A stretch of DNA of 63,883 nucleotides, the filler included, from Octopus bimaculoides (lineage: Eukaryota): assembly GCF_001194135.2 (NCBI RefSeq). It is 8 parts of 7 records of this genome, joined end to end, with 100 filler letters (N's around TTAATTAATTAA, not from the genome) between each part and the next. Parts side by side here need not be neighbours in the genome. Positions count along the whole stretch, not along the records: positions 4,567 to 14,668 come from NC_068984.1; positions 14,769 to 41,473 come from NC_068985.1; 6 more parts are not named here. One strand, 5' to 3'. Under the pieces are notes generated by a model. The model did no database searches, was not told the origin of the DNA, and saw only the letters and a program-made list of their open reading frames with translations. Below are positions 14,311 through 25,375 of the stretch, in pieces. The number at the start of each line of letters is the position of its first letter. The stretch's first letter is position 1. A program made the position numbers and the translations under genes.

Positions 14311-14478
14311 ATACAGCCTTAACTTATTTAAATTTTAGTTTTGATAGTGTTTGGTTCCTCCCGTATAACCAACGCTAACCAACTTATCTCATACACCAAG
14401 TATTGTAGTAACACGTGGTTACTTGCCTGAAGAGTTACCGCTCAGACATATTCAGCAACGTATAGATTTATACAGACA

Positions 14479-14569
14479 CTAGCAGAAATACCCGGCGTTG
14501 CCCGGGTTAAAGAGAATAATGAAATCTAAAAACGCCGTCTAGACTACGCATCATCTTTATATATAGAGA
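14479..14569 (-). mobile_element. Miniature non-autonomous Helitron (91 bp)
   Basis: On the minus strand: 5'-TC start, subterminal hairpin CCCGG-GCAACG-CCGGG, CTAG-3' end, inserted between A and T with no TSD. Confidence 0.75.
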
Positions 14570-14784
14570 TGTATATACACACACGCACCCAAACACGTAT
14601 ATATATGTATATCAATATAAATATATGAAAGTCAATGAAGTTTCGTAAAAGAAGGTGATCATGTACATNNNNNNNNNNNNNNNNNNNNNNNNNNNNNNNN
14701 NNNNNNNNNNNNTTAATTAATTAANNNNNNNNNNNNNNNNNNNNNNNNNNNNNNNNNNNNNNNNNNNNTATATATATATGTATA

Positions 14785-14817
<33 letters not shown>

Positions 14818-14994
14818 ATATTAGCATATGTATGGCAAAGTGGTAGAGGAATTCGCTTCAAAATCACGAAATTCCAGGTTCCATCACAGGTTATTTCAGT
14901 TTGAGCATATACCTTCTATCATAGATTTTGGTCGAATCAAATTAGCTAAGTGATATTATATAGACGTCAACAATGTAATTTATAATATTAGGCA

Positions 14995-15475
14995 TCATCG
15001 AAAATGATAATGCAAACATCTTCTGGGACTTTATGATTCAGTGCTACCATGAGATAGAGAATAGAAAACCGGGCATAGTCTTAATTGAGAAAGAAAGCAA
15101 ACTATGCTAGATCATAGATATAGCATTCCCAGCTGACAACAAGGTATGCAATAAGGAAGAAAGAAAAGTCGATAGATATGACAGGTCAGCTTTGGAGGTT
15201 AAGCAGTTGTGGTCGTTGAAAAAGGTGGTAGTAGTATTAATAATTATCGGAGCCCTGGGAACAGTGAGTAAAAATCTTGAGAAGTACATGAAACAAATCG
15301 GGGCTGCAATAAAGGTGGAGCACTTGCAGAAAACAGCACTGCTTGGAACCGCTCGAATACTCCGGGAGGTGCTCGAAAAATAAGGGGTATTACCTTAGTT
15401 AACTGGTAGTGAACAGCTGACACTGAAGTATATCTCCAGCGTTAGAAGTTGTGCAAAGGTAATGATAATAATAAT
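14995..15475 (+). mobile_element. R4/Dong-clade LINE 3' end: restriction-like endonuclease domain, 3' UTR and (TAA)n
   Basis: IFWDFMIQ..NRKPGIVLIEKE..IIDIAFPAD..KEERKVDRY..IIIGALGTV..LQKTALLGTARILREVLEK* is a PD-(D/E)xK REL domain typical of R4/Dong. About 80 nt of UTR precede the AAT repeats. Confidence 0.85.
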
Positions 15476-15671
15476 CCTTTCTACTGAAGGCACATGGCCT
15501 GAAATTTTGAGGGAGGGGTCTGGACGATTACATCGACCCCAGTCTTCACTAGCAGTAAATTTATCGATCCCGAAAAGATGAAAGACAAATTCAACCTCGG
15601 AACTTAAAGATGGATGAAATGCCGCTAAGCATTACGCCTGGCGCGGTAAAGATGCTCCCAGCTCACCGCCT
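15461..15671 (-). mobile_element. SINE family A
   Basis: Reverse complement of the 5021-5232 family. Its ATT tail overlaps the LINE TAA tail. Confidence 0.85.
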
Positions 15672-15679
15672 TCAGTTTC

Positions 15680-15893
15680 TTCCCGAGTTATAAAGACACA
15701 TAAGGCTGGTTTCCCGGTTTCAGTGGGGTATCTATTCCCCACCTAGACGGGGCGCCAATCCGTCGCAGAGTTACTCATTCTTGCCACCTGAGTGTTTTGT
15801 TCAAGAAGACGACGCGTTGCCCGGTCCAGGAATCGACACCACAATCTTACGAACATGAGCCCAACACCATAACCACTAGGCCACACGCCTCCA
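15680..15893 (-). mobile_element. tRNA-derived SINE, family C-like head with a distinct tail
   Basis: Minus strand GGAGGCGTGTGGCCTAGTGGTTA (A box) ... GTGTCGATTCC (B box) ... TTCTTGAACAAAACACT. Confidence 0.7.
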
Positions 15894-15899
15894 CTGATA

Positions 15900-16107
15900 A
15901 AAGAATATTCAGACAAATACATAAAAAAAACACCAGGACTTACAAATATATATAACATACAGAAAATTGCACTACTGGGCACTGCACACATCCTACGCAA
16001 AACACTTTCAATACAGTAACCATAAGACCATCACAGCAAACCACAGCACATACCCAAGGTACACAGAGCTACGCTCGGTAGTGAAGTGAAAGCACGCTAT
16101 AAAAATA

Positions 16108-16108
<1 letters not shown>
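15900..16108 (+). mobile_element. Second R4/Dong-type LINE extreme 3' end
   Basis: NIQKIALLGTAHILRKTLSIQ* followed by ~90 nt of UTR running directly into (AAT)n. Confidence 0.8.
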
Positions 16109-16250
<142 letters not shown>

Positions 16251-16589
16251 ATCATCTCATTGTCCACCCATCAATCAATAAAAACAAAACGAACAGATAT
16301 GCACAGAAATCAGTTTTCTCGCTTCATCTAATTCTATCTTGACGAGTTGAGAACCAGATACTGTGTGTCAATTTAATTCTCTTCAATGTTACTTCAATGC
16401 ACTCTTACCAAATATGTATTCGGTGAATAACCGATTACTGCAAGCTACTTTGTGATGTTTCCAAATATGATATTATGTTATCTGGCACCGATGCAACAAG
16501 GCTATACGTTTGCGGTAGGAAAGGAACCAGTCGAATTTATCGGTCTCATTTCTTGACTGGTATTTATTTCATTGCTTTACTCTGTCACG

Positions 16590-16875
16590 GTAAGGCGAAT
16601 AGTGAACACTTCATAATACCTAGAAGTTATTAGACCGAGTTTCTGCGCTTTTCGTTCAAATCACGCCAATATCAACTTTGTCTTTCGCCTCTTCGGGGGT
16701 TGATGAAAATGTTTCCAACTAAGTCGGTCTTAATTCAAATTTCGCCGAGGTCGAATTTGTCTTTCATCATTCCGGGGTCGATAAAAGGAAGTAAAATCTG
16801 AACACTGCGACAGATACAATCAACTGACTCCCTACCAAACAATCACTGGCCTTGTCCCAAAATTTGAAACCAGTA
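16590..16875 (+). mobile_element. Two decayed tandem SINE family A copies
   Basis: GTTCAAAT..CAACTTTGTCTTTCGCCTCTTCGGGGTTGAT and TTCAAATTTCGCCGAGGTCGAATTTGTCTTTCATCATTCCGGGGTCGAT. Confidence 0.7.
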
Positions 16876-17761
16876 AAACAACAAACACCAGAGAGTTAGA
16901 TTTCTTTGATCGATGATACATTTGTTGAATATATAAATCAATTGATTAGTTCAAGCGGTAAAACCGATAGATCAACTGATTAAATCTCTAAATGTCTTAA
17001 TTTCAAATCTGCCTAAAGTTGATAAACTAAAATGTACTGCAATTGTAGTGGCTGGTATCCAATGACAGAACATTTTTGTTTGCGTTGACCAAAATAGAAG
17101 GTGATCAACAACGACCTTCCTGTTCTTTCATGAAGAAGACTAAATTTATTATTATATTATATTACTCAATCTGCTCCAGATAACAAGATGTTATTTCAGA
17201 CATTTCACCGATTTCTCAGGCAGATTCGCAGAACTGGAATGAATATCAGCCATGCATGAACTCGACACTTCAACAAATTTGAGACCTACTTGTATATGTT
17301 GTATGTATGTATGCATGCATATATATATATATANNNNNNNNNNNNNNNNNNNNNNNNNNNNNNNNNNNNNNNNNNNNNNNNNNNNNNNNNNNNNNNNNNN
17401 NNNNNNNNNNNNNNNNNNNNNNNNNNNNNNNNNNNNNNNNNNNNNNNNNNNNNNNNNNNNNNNNNNNNNNNNNNNNNNNNNNNNNNNNNNNNNNNNNNNN
17501 NNNNNNNNNNNNNNNNNNNNNNNNNNNNNNNNNNNNNNNNNNNNNNNNNNNNNNNNNNNNNNNNNNNNNNNNNNNNNNNNNNNNNNNNNNNNNNNNNNNN
17601 NNNNNNNNNNNNNNNNNNNNNNNNNNNNNNNNNNNNNNNNNNNNNNNNNNNNNNNNNNNNNNNNNNNNNNNNNNNNNNNNNNNNNNNNNNNNNNNNNNNN
17701 NNNNNNNNNNNNNNNNNNNNNNNNNNNNNNNNNNNNNNNNNNNNNNNNNNNNNNNNNNNNN

Positions 17762-18049
17762 GGCTTTCGTAGACGGAAACTGACAGAAGCCCGTCGTATA
17801 TATGTATACTTATATGTGTGTGTGTGTATGTTTGTGTGTCTGCGTTTGTCCCCCTAGCATTGCTTGACAACCGATGCTGGTGTGTATATGTCCCCGTCAC
17901 ATAGCGGTTCGGCAAAAGAGACTGCTAGAATAAGTACTAGGCTTACAAAGAATAAGTCCCGGGGTCGATTTGCTCGACTAAAGACGGTGCTCCAGCATGG
18001 CCGCAGTTAAATGACTGAAACAAGTAAAAGAGTAAAGAGAGTAAAGAGT
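17762..18049 (+). mobile_element. SINE family B (CORE-like SINE with internal TA/TG microsatellite and (GTAAAAGA)n tail)
   Basis: GTAGACGGAAACTGA..AAGCCCGTCG, then an internal microsatellite, GCGGTTCGGCAAAAGAG, and GGTGCTCCAGCATGGCCGCAG..ACTGAAACAAGTAAAAGAG. Confidence 0.9.
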
Positions 18050-18586
18050 ATATATTTTATATATTATTCTTAAAAAAGAATATTATTGATAGTGACTTCG
18101 AAATTTCAGTGAGTTAACTATAGAGTAACCCATCAGATTAATGCAAAATTATCGTAATGGAACAGAACATAAAAGTAAACGTATATACATACATTTTTTC
18201 TCCTTCTTAAGGCACTAAAATTTGATTAAGGAAAATATGGCTGCTATTTCCAAAGACACGAACGACTGTGCAAAGGCTATTTCGTTGGTTCGTCATCTTC
18301 TAAGTAATTATTTGAAGTGATTGTATTAAGATTGTTTATTTATATATAAATAAGCACTGGATACAGTCTATTTTTACAACGCAGAAAAAAGACCATAGCA
18401 TTAAAAAAACGAAAAATAAAAATATATAAAACACGAATGTACAAAATGCTTCCATAACCAAGAGACGGGAAAAAATGTGGTGTCAATTATCGTATTCTTA
18501 TTTTGAAATAAATCTAATAAAATATTTATTTCTACCTTAATGTCTGGTAAGAAAAAAAATCTATACAATTAGAAAATGTCTGTCTG

Positions 18587-18627
<41 letters not shown>

Positions 18628-18696
18628 GTATCTCTCTCTCCACACACATATATATGTATGTACGTATGTATGTATATATATATGTATGTATATATT

Positions 18697-18896
18697 CGAG
18701 GGGTTGGTGAAAAGTTTCTGGTGTTCAGTGAGAGAAAATACAAGAGGATCAGTTAATTATGATCGTCTCAGATTCATACCCTTATTGCAGCGGTCCTTCA
18801 GCTTTTGTAAGCACTGTCAAAGAATTCAGAAGGTTAGGCCTCCGACCAGGCCTTTCCCAACACACTTAGAGCCAGGAACTTTTCAGCACACCCTCA
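18697..18896. mobile_element. Tc1/mariner-derived MITE (~200 bp)
   Basis: TIRs CGAGGGGTTGGTGAAAAGTTTCTGG and (revcomp) TGAGGGTGTGCTGAAAAGTTCCTGG, in TA-rich flanks. Confidence 0.75.
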
Positions 18897-18907
18897 TATA
18901 TATACAC

Positions 18908-19060
18908 GGCGGGTGCCTTTCAGTCCCCGTCTAGCTAATCTTACAACGCTTTGGGCGGTCCGAGGCAATAATAGAAGACACTTGCTCAAGGTGCTGCAAA
19001 GTTAGATTGAAGCGGGGACCATGTCATTTGGAAGGAAATGTGCTACCACACAGCTACGCT
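18908..19060 (-). mobile_element. SINE family B head (decayed)
   Basis: Reverse complement contains GCTGTGTGGTAG..CACCTTGAGCAAGTGTCTTCTA. Confidence 0.75.
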
Positions 19061-19110
19061 AATACCTTCTTGCCATGCAAACATGCGTGCGCCTATGTAT
19101 GTACGTGTGT

Positions 19111-19155
<45 letters not shown>

Positions 19156-19673
19156 TATATATATATATATATACATATCTGTAAAATAGTATGTGACAAT
19201 TTTTCAGTTGCCATAATAAAACTCCGAGTTTCGGATATCGGAGCGGAAATCTGCTCCGGCATCTCGTCAATTATTAAGAAAAAACAGAAATGCTATGAAA
19301 ATCACCGTTAAACAAAGGGAAATTACAATGAAGTTCACAGTTATTAAGACAAACAAAAGAGGTATTAGAATGACCGTTAAGTAAAGGGAAAAAACTGGAA
19401 AGGGAAGAAAGTAAACACTGGTCATAGGATTCGCGTATGCGTGCATGTACATACATACGCATGCGTGCACGCACACCCATGTACATGTGCATATATACGT
19501 ATGCTGACTCACACTCGCGTAAAACACATACATTCGCACCCTCACACACACACCTATATGTATACATATATATATATGCAACCATACACATGTACACGTA
19601 TACATATCCGCACACACACGTATATATACCCATACGCGCACAAATATGTTCATATACACGTCTATATATATAC

Positions 19674-19704
<31 letters not shown>

Positions 19705-19977
19705 NNNNNNNNNNNNNNNNNNNNNNNNNNNNNNNNNNNNNNNNNNNNNNNNNNNNNNNNNNNNNNNNNNNNNNNNNNNNNNNNNNNNNNNNNNNNNNNN
19801 NNNNNNNNNNNNNNNNNNNNNNNNNNNNNNNNNNNNNNNNNNNNNNNNNNNNNNNNNNNNNNNNNNNNNNNNNNNNNNNNNNNNNNNNNNNNNNNNNNNN
19901 NNNNNNNNNNNNNNNNNNNNNNNNNNNNNNNNNNNNNNNNNNNNNNNNNNNNNNNNNNNNNNNNNNNNNNNNNNNNN

Positions 19978-20088
19978 GTACTTATTCTATCAGTCCCTTT
20001 TTGCCGAACCGCTAAGTTACGAGAGCATAAACACACCAGCATCGGTCGTCAAGCAATGCTAGGGGGACAAGCACAGACACACAAACAT

Positions 20089-20131
<43 letters not shown>

Positions 20132-20299
20132 TATACATATATACGACGGACTTCTTTTAGTTTCTGTCTACCAAATCCACTCACAAGGCTTTGGTCGGCT
20201 CAAAGCTATAGTAGAAGAAACTTGCTCAAGGTGCCACGCAGTGAGACTGAACCCGGAACCATGTGGTTGGTAAGCAAGCTACTTACCACACAGCCACTC
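19978..20299 (-). mobile_element. SINE family B, near full length
   Basis: Minus strand GAGTGGCTGTGTGGTAAGTAGCTT (A box) ... GGTTCAGTC (B box) ... CACCTTGAGCAAGT (CORE-like) ... internal (TA)n ... GCGGTTCGGCAAAA. Confidence 0.9.
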
Positions 20300-21477
20300 A
20301 TATATGATGTATACGTGTGTGTATTATGTGTATGCAGGATAATCTATTTTGTAGTTTTTGTCTATAAATTCCAGTAAGACGCATTAATCAATCGAAGGCT
20401 TCGATATAAGCCACTTTGCCCAGGATGACCACACTGTAAGACTGAACCCAGAAGCACGTATTTGAATAGTAATCATTTTATTCATACAACTACACTCGCG
20501 CTTATATCACTGGCATTATAGTCAGAAATGATTTAGACATATCACCGTTTGATTGCTTTCGTGTTTGTTTTTTAAATCACGGCGTGCTTGCTTTTAAGTC
20601 ACGATCGATATCATAGTTGGAACTGTAGTACTTTAATCGTTAATTAGAAATTACGAATGACCTACATTTAAAGGGGTGACATTGAGACGTATATAGAAAT
20701 TTTCAACAGCCACGACAGCTAAAAGCAAATATAAGAAAACTAAATTTAAAAAATAATTTACTATGTAAACAATAGCCATGACGAAGTCAAGAAAACAAGG
20801 AAACGAATTTCTGATAGTTTTTTAATTGTTTTTGAAATAAATTTGACACTTTATTACTCTAATTTATTTTAGCATGCCTTGGAACGTTTTTGCATTCCAG
20901 CACTTTAGGGCCTATAAAAAAGTAAGTATTGCCAATAAATCATTTTTGTGAAAAGAATAACTCTGATTCAAGACAAAAGAAAAGATTAATTCTGCGTGTA
21001 ATTGACTGAGGGAAAGTATATTACAGCATGGCTATGCTACTTATATATACACACAGCTATAGACTTATTTAACACGTCATAAATCATGTTATAACAGCAC
21101 AGACGATATGCAGAGAGAATAGAATTAGCTTTCAGTAGATGCAAACTACACAACTAACATGATTCATACTAACCCAACACGGCGAGGAGCCAGGGCGCTA
21201 GTCTCTTGGTGGTCGGTTGAATTGCTGGATATAACAGTCAAGTCTTCCTTAAATTACTTCGTTATATTATGTAAGTTACACATTGGGTAGTATAGCTGTG
21301 GATATACTTCCTTAAGAGATGAGCTAACCACGAGTGGACTAATCAACAACCTACTAACGAAAATTCACGAAATATATCTAAGTCAAACTAGGCTTACTAC
21401 GACTGAATCTTTACAGTTATATCCACAAAAGGAATTAAACTTCGTTCATCAACATCCATCTAAGCTGTTGACATATT

Positions 21478-21690
21478 CTTTGCTACTCTAGGCACAAGGC
21501 CCGAAATTTTGTGGGAGGGGGCCAGTCAATTAGATCGACCCCACTACACAACTGGTATTTAATTTACCGACCCCGACAGGATGAAAATCAAAGTCGACCT
21601 CGGAGGAATTTGAACTCAGGACGTAAAGATAGACGAAATACCGCTAAGTATTTCACCCGGCGTGCTCGCGTTTCTGCCACCTCGCCGCCT
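21478..21690 (-). mobile_element. SINE family A, full length with 17-bp target-site duplication
   Basis: Flanked by TAAGCTGTTGACATATT (21461-21477) and TAAGCTGTTAACATATT (21691-21707). Confidence 0.92.
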
Positions 21691-21949
21691 TAAGCTGTTA
21701 ACATATTAAAAAGCAAAATGATCAGACTGTCTATTTGTATACACTTAGATTAATTTGGTTTCAAATTTTCGAAGAAGGTAAGCAATTTCGGGGCGGGGCT
21801 AAGTCGGTTTAATTGACCCCAGGTACTTATTTTATTGAGTCTGAAAAATAAAATCACTGTTTAAGAACGACTTTAATTCAAACTATAACAGAAAAAACCC
21901 TATTCCTATTAGAAAGGCAAACATTATAAATGAAGTAAAAGATAATTAA

Positions 21950-22002
21950 ACAGTGTCACTGAAGAGGTCACAGATGTGTGACAAAAAAGATATCCGCACT
22001 GT
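21950..22002 (+). ncRNA. Decayed type-I hammerhead-like motif
   Basis: ACAGTG..CTGAAGA-G-GTCACA/GATG/TGTGAC-AAAAAA-GATATC-CG-CACTGT. Core box 1, stem II and the stem I arms are present, but GAAA is mutated. Confidence 0.35.
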
Positions 22003-23569
22003 AGAAATGAGTTAAAATAGGGACAATAATAAACGAGTGAAGAACAAATATACCGTGCGTGTGTTTATTTGGCAAACAAAAAATGACTGTCCCGAAATAC
22101 AACAATTAAATAGAATTATCCTGAAAAACTCGAGATGAATATGCTTACAATATTTTACTAAATATACACTGTCAACGTAGTTGGGCGAAAATTTTGGGTG
22201 GTTCGCTCCTGGGCCATATGACCAACTTGTATATCACTGATCTATGTCGCTACAGAAATTTGAAATCTTTTGTGTAATTACACCGTATTTTTTCTTCCAC
22301 GCCAGTCTAACGATTCTGCCAATCCGACGCCCTTAAAATTTTCGAATGATATTACTCGTCAAGTAATAGTTTATTTTTGCATTACCTGTGCTACAATAAT
22401 GTGACATACATAACACTCTTGTCAAGATTATATGAAGAAAGAGGTCAACCAAAATAGCATCATTAGACCAACAGTAAAAAATCAAACAAACAAATAAACA
22501 AAAAACAATAAAAAAAAACAAAGAATAATTAATAAATCAAGGCAAATGTATTTGTTGAATCTCAATGATAAGACTAAGCAGTGATTTACTTTTTACTTTG
22601 AAAATAAGCACAAAGAAATATTACATTGTTGGGTGGAAAAACCTAAGGACATAAAAATGTCAAAACTATGTAATTATGTCTTCTTTAGTGTTCTCATTCA
22701 ACATGAGCTAACAAGAACAGCAAGCAAGTCGTCGCACTGAACAATACGCGTTTGTACATACACTCATGCACACACATGACCACATATACACAAACACACA
22801 CTCTCTGTCACACGCACACTAAGATAGCCAAGCTCTCATATTTACGCGCTCACACTCACATTTACACTCCCTCAAAGTGTTATTCACTCACACACACACA
22901 CACTCATAGACATACACACACACGCACACACATACACACACATACACGCACACATACACATGTTTTCATCTACCCACGTATTCGAGCATACATGTTTTAT
23001 ATTGGTGTTTGTTAACAAACGAAAAGAACAATTGTCCAGTAAATAATATAGAGATTACGTTTATGAAAAATAAGTTGATGAATCACTTTGTCGATTCTCA
23101 GAGTGTCACTCTAATTATACTCAATCAAGATACATTGAAATGACTGGATGTATTGGTATGGCATCGATTGATCAATCCCCATTGTTTAAGAGCAATGAGA
23201 TGCTACACCCTTTTATTCTTTAACGTTTTCAGCCCTCTGAATAGCCATTTCTATGCGATTGGTTTCTTGGTGAAGTAGGGAGTTAGCTATTACTACCCTC
23301 GTTTGAATTTCTTGCTGTGATATAGGCTGTTAGATTTTTGTAAAATAGGGAACTCTGATCAATCTACGGGTGTCATGGAGGACTGTGTAGACTTTTGCAG
23401 ATTAATCATGAAGATGAAGCGAGTTCTCCAAAGAACTAACCTTTTGGGGCAACAGATAGTTCTTCAGACTTCCTGTGAAGCCTTAGCGTTGGCAGTTTTA
23501 GGACGTGAAGATTCTTCCCACGTGTAATCCATAATATCGTTTCCACTATAGCTACAGGTTTGAAAGATG

Positions 23570-23752
23570 TCGGTGAGAGGGTGCTAGTCGATTACATAGA
23601 CTCCAGTGTCCAACTGGTGCTTATTTTATTGACCCCGAAAGAATGAGAGGCAAAGTCAACCTCGGCAGAATTTGAACTCAGAACGTAAAGACGGACCAAA
23701 AGCTCGTAAATATTTTGTCCGGCGTGCAAATGATTCTGCCTGCTTGCCGCCT
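23570..23752 (-). mobile_element. SINE family A
   Basis: Reverse complement of the family A head and body. Confidence 0.85.
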
Positions 23753-23785
23753 TTATAAAGTTTTTAATATTTATACTTTGGCGGA

Positions 23786-23990
23786 AAGCGGCGAATTAGC
23801 AGGACCGATAGCACGCTGGGTAAAATACTCTTCAGAATTTCGTCCTTCTTTAAGCTCTGAGTTGACATTCCGCCGAGGACAACTTTGCCTTCCATCCTTT
23901 CGAAGTCGATAAAATAATTACAAATCAGCATTGGGGCCAAAGTAGTTGCCTAACCCCTTCCCGCAAAATTTCAGGCCTTGTGCTTATAGT
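23786..23990 (+). mobile_element. SINE family A
   Basis: GCGGCGAATTAGCAG..TGAGTTGACATTCCGCCGAGGACAACTTTGCCTTCCATCCTTTCGAAGTCGAT..CAGGCCTTGTGCTTATAGTAGAAA. Confidence 0.85.
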
Positions 23991-25319
23991 AGAAACGGAA
24001 TATTTTTGCTTGATTGGGAAACGAATGTTCTTCGCTCTGTGTGTGATTTCATTCAATTCAAATAATGAATTAATAGAAACAAGATTTTTCATTTCCTCGG
24101 ATTTGCTGTTGTGTATGAGGCGGAAGTAATTTCTCGTCTATGCTAGTGCTGTGACAGCACTTGCGCAGACGAGAAACTACTTCCGCCCAGTTGAAAACGC
24201 CTCCGTTTGATAATAAATTGGAATTCCTTTTTGGCCTCTAGTCAGCATCTAAGATCGAGTACCAATTACTATCTGGTGCTTCTCTAAGTTATATGATTTA
24301 TTTATTCTTTTACTCTTTTACTTGTTCTAGTCATTTGACTGGGACCATCCTGGAGCACCGCCTATTTATTTAAATTAGCATTCGTAAACGAATATTTAAA
24401 GGCTCACGATTATAGAGATTGCGTCATAAGCAACGGAAGCGAGTCTCATAGTGAAAGCCAATGTTATTTCTTGACACCTTTTCTAATTTTATATTTGTAG
24501 TTTTTTTTTAATACAACAAACTGATAAACTGTTTATCTACATTTACAGCAGAAATGTTGTCAAGTTTATCAATTTCTTGTAGAATGTCATATCTTCTTTG
24601 TATTTTGATTTACAAATTTATGAAGTTGTTTATTTCTCCAACAAATTGGAGTGTTAATTTCAGAAATTGCAGGTGATGAGAATTAGTTCTACTTATGAGT
24701 GTTTACGACGGATGAACGGCTAAACTCTTCTATCTATTGGAAAAAAAAGTCATATCTCTTAGTTTTGAGTGGTAATTCATTTGCTAAGTTTAAATTTTAA
24801 TTGTGTAGTGATGTCCTCTTTAAAGTCAGTGAATTCGTTGTTATATTGTGCTATAATGATTTTTCAAAATATTAGCTTGCTTTTCATATTAATTAACAAC
24901 TTTCCCCGACCACATTTGCATTAGAATATGATAGCTGTATCTGAGGCCATGCAATGTTTATTTGACACTTTAGTTAATTATATTTTATTGTTGTACTTCT
25001 GTATCTCTTTATTGGTTTCACACCTGAGTATGTCCTTGTAGTTTGTCGTAAGTTTTTATCATACTTTTATCATTAACTATCTTAAGGAACTAATTAAAGA
25101 ATTCCAACTTTAACTTCCTTTTCGAGTTGTTTATTTATATGTGTATGTAATGACTCGCTCACGTACACATACATGTTTATATATATATGTGTAAATATAC
25201 ACCTACATACACACATATATATACATACATATATAAATACATGCATATATAAATACATACATATTTCCCTCATCGTGTTGTGCACTTCAGTGCTCGTACA
25301 TGTATACACACACACCTTC

Positions 25320-25375
25320 TCCTCGACTTACGACCTATGCGACTTACGAACATCTACACTTACGACCAAAATAAC
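25320..25375 (+). mobile_element. Possible pogo/Tigger-type transposon end
   Basis: CCTCGACTTACGACC..GACTTACGA..CACTTACGACC: three copies of a motif resembling Tigger-like TIR and subterminal repeats. No matching second end was found. Confidence 0.35.

Noticed and set aside
24440-25080. AT-rich decayed ORF-like region, possibly a retroelement N-terminus on the minus strand
   Set aside because: No diagnostic motif could be read, so the assignment would be a guess.
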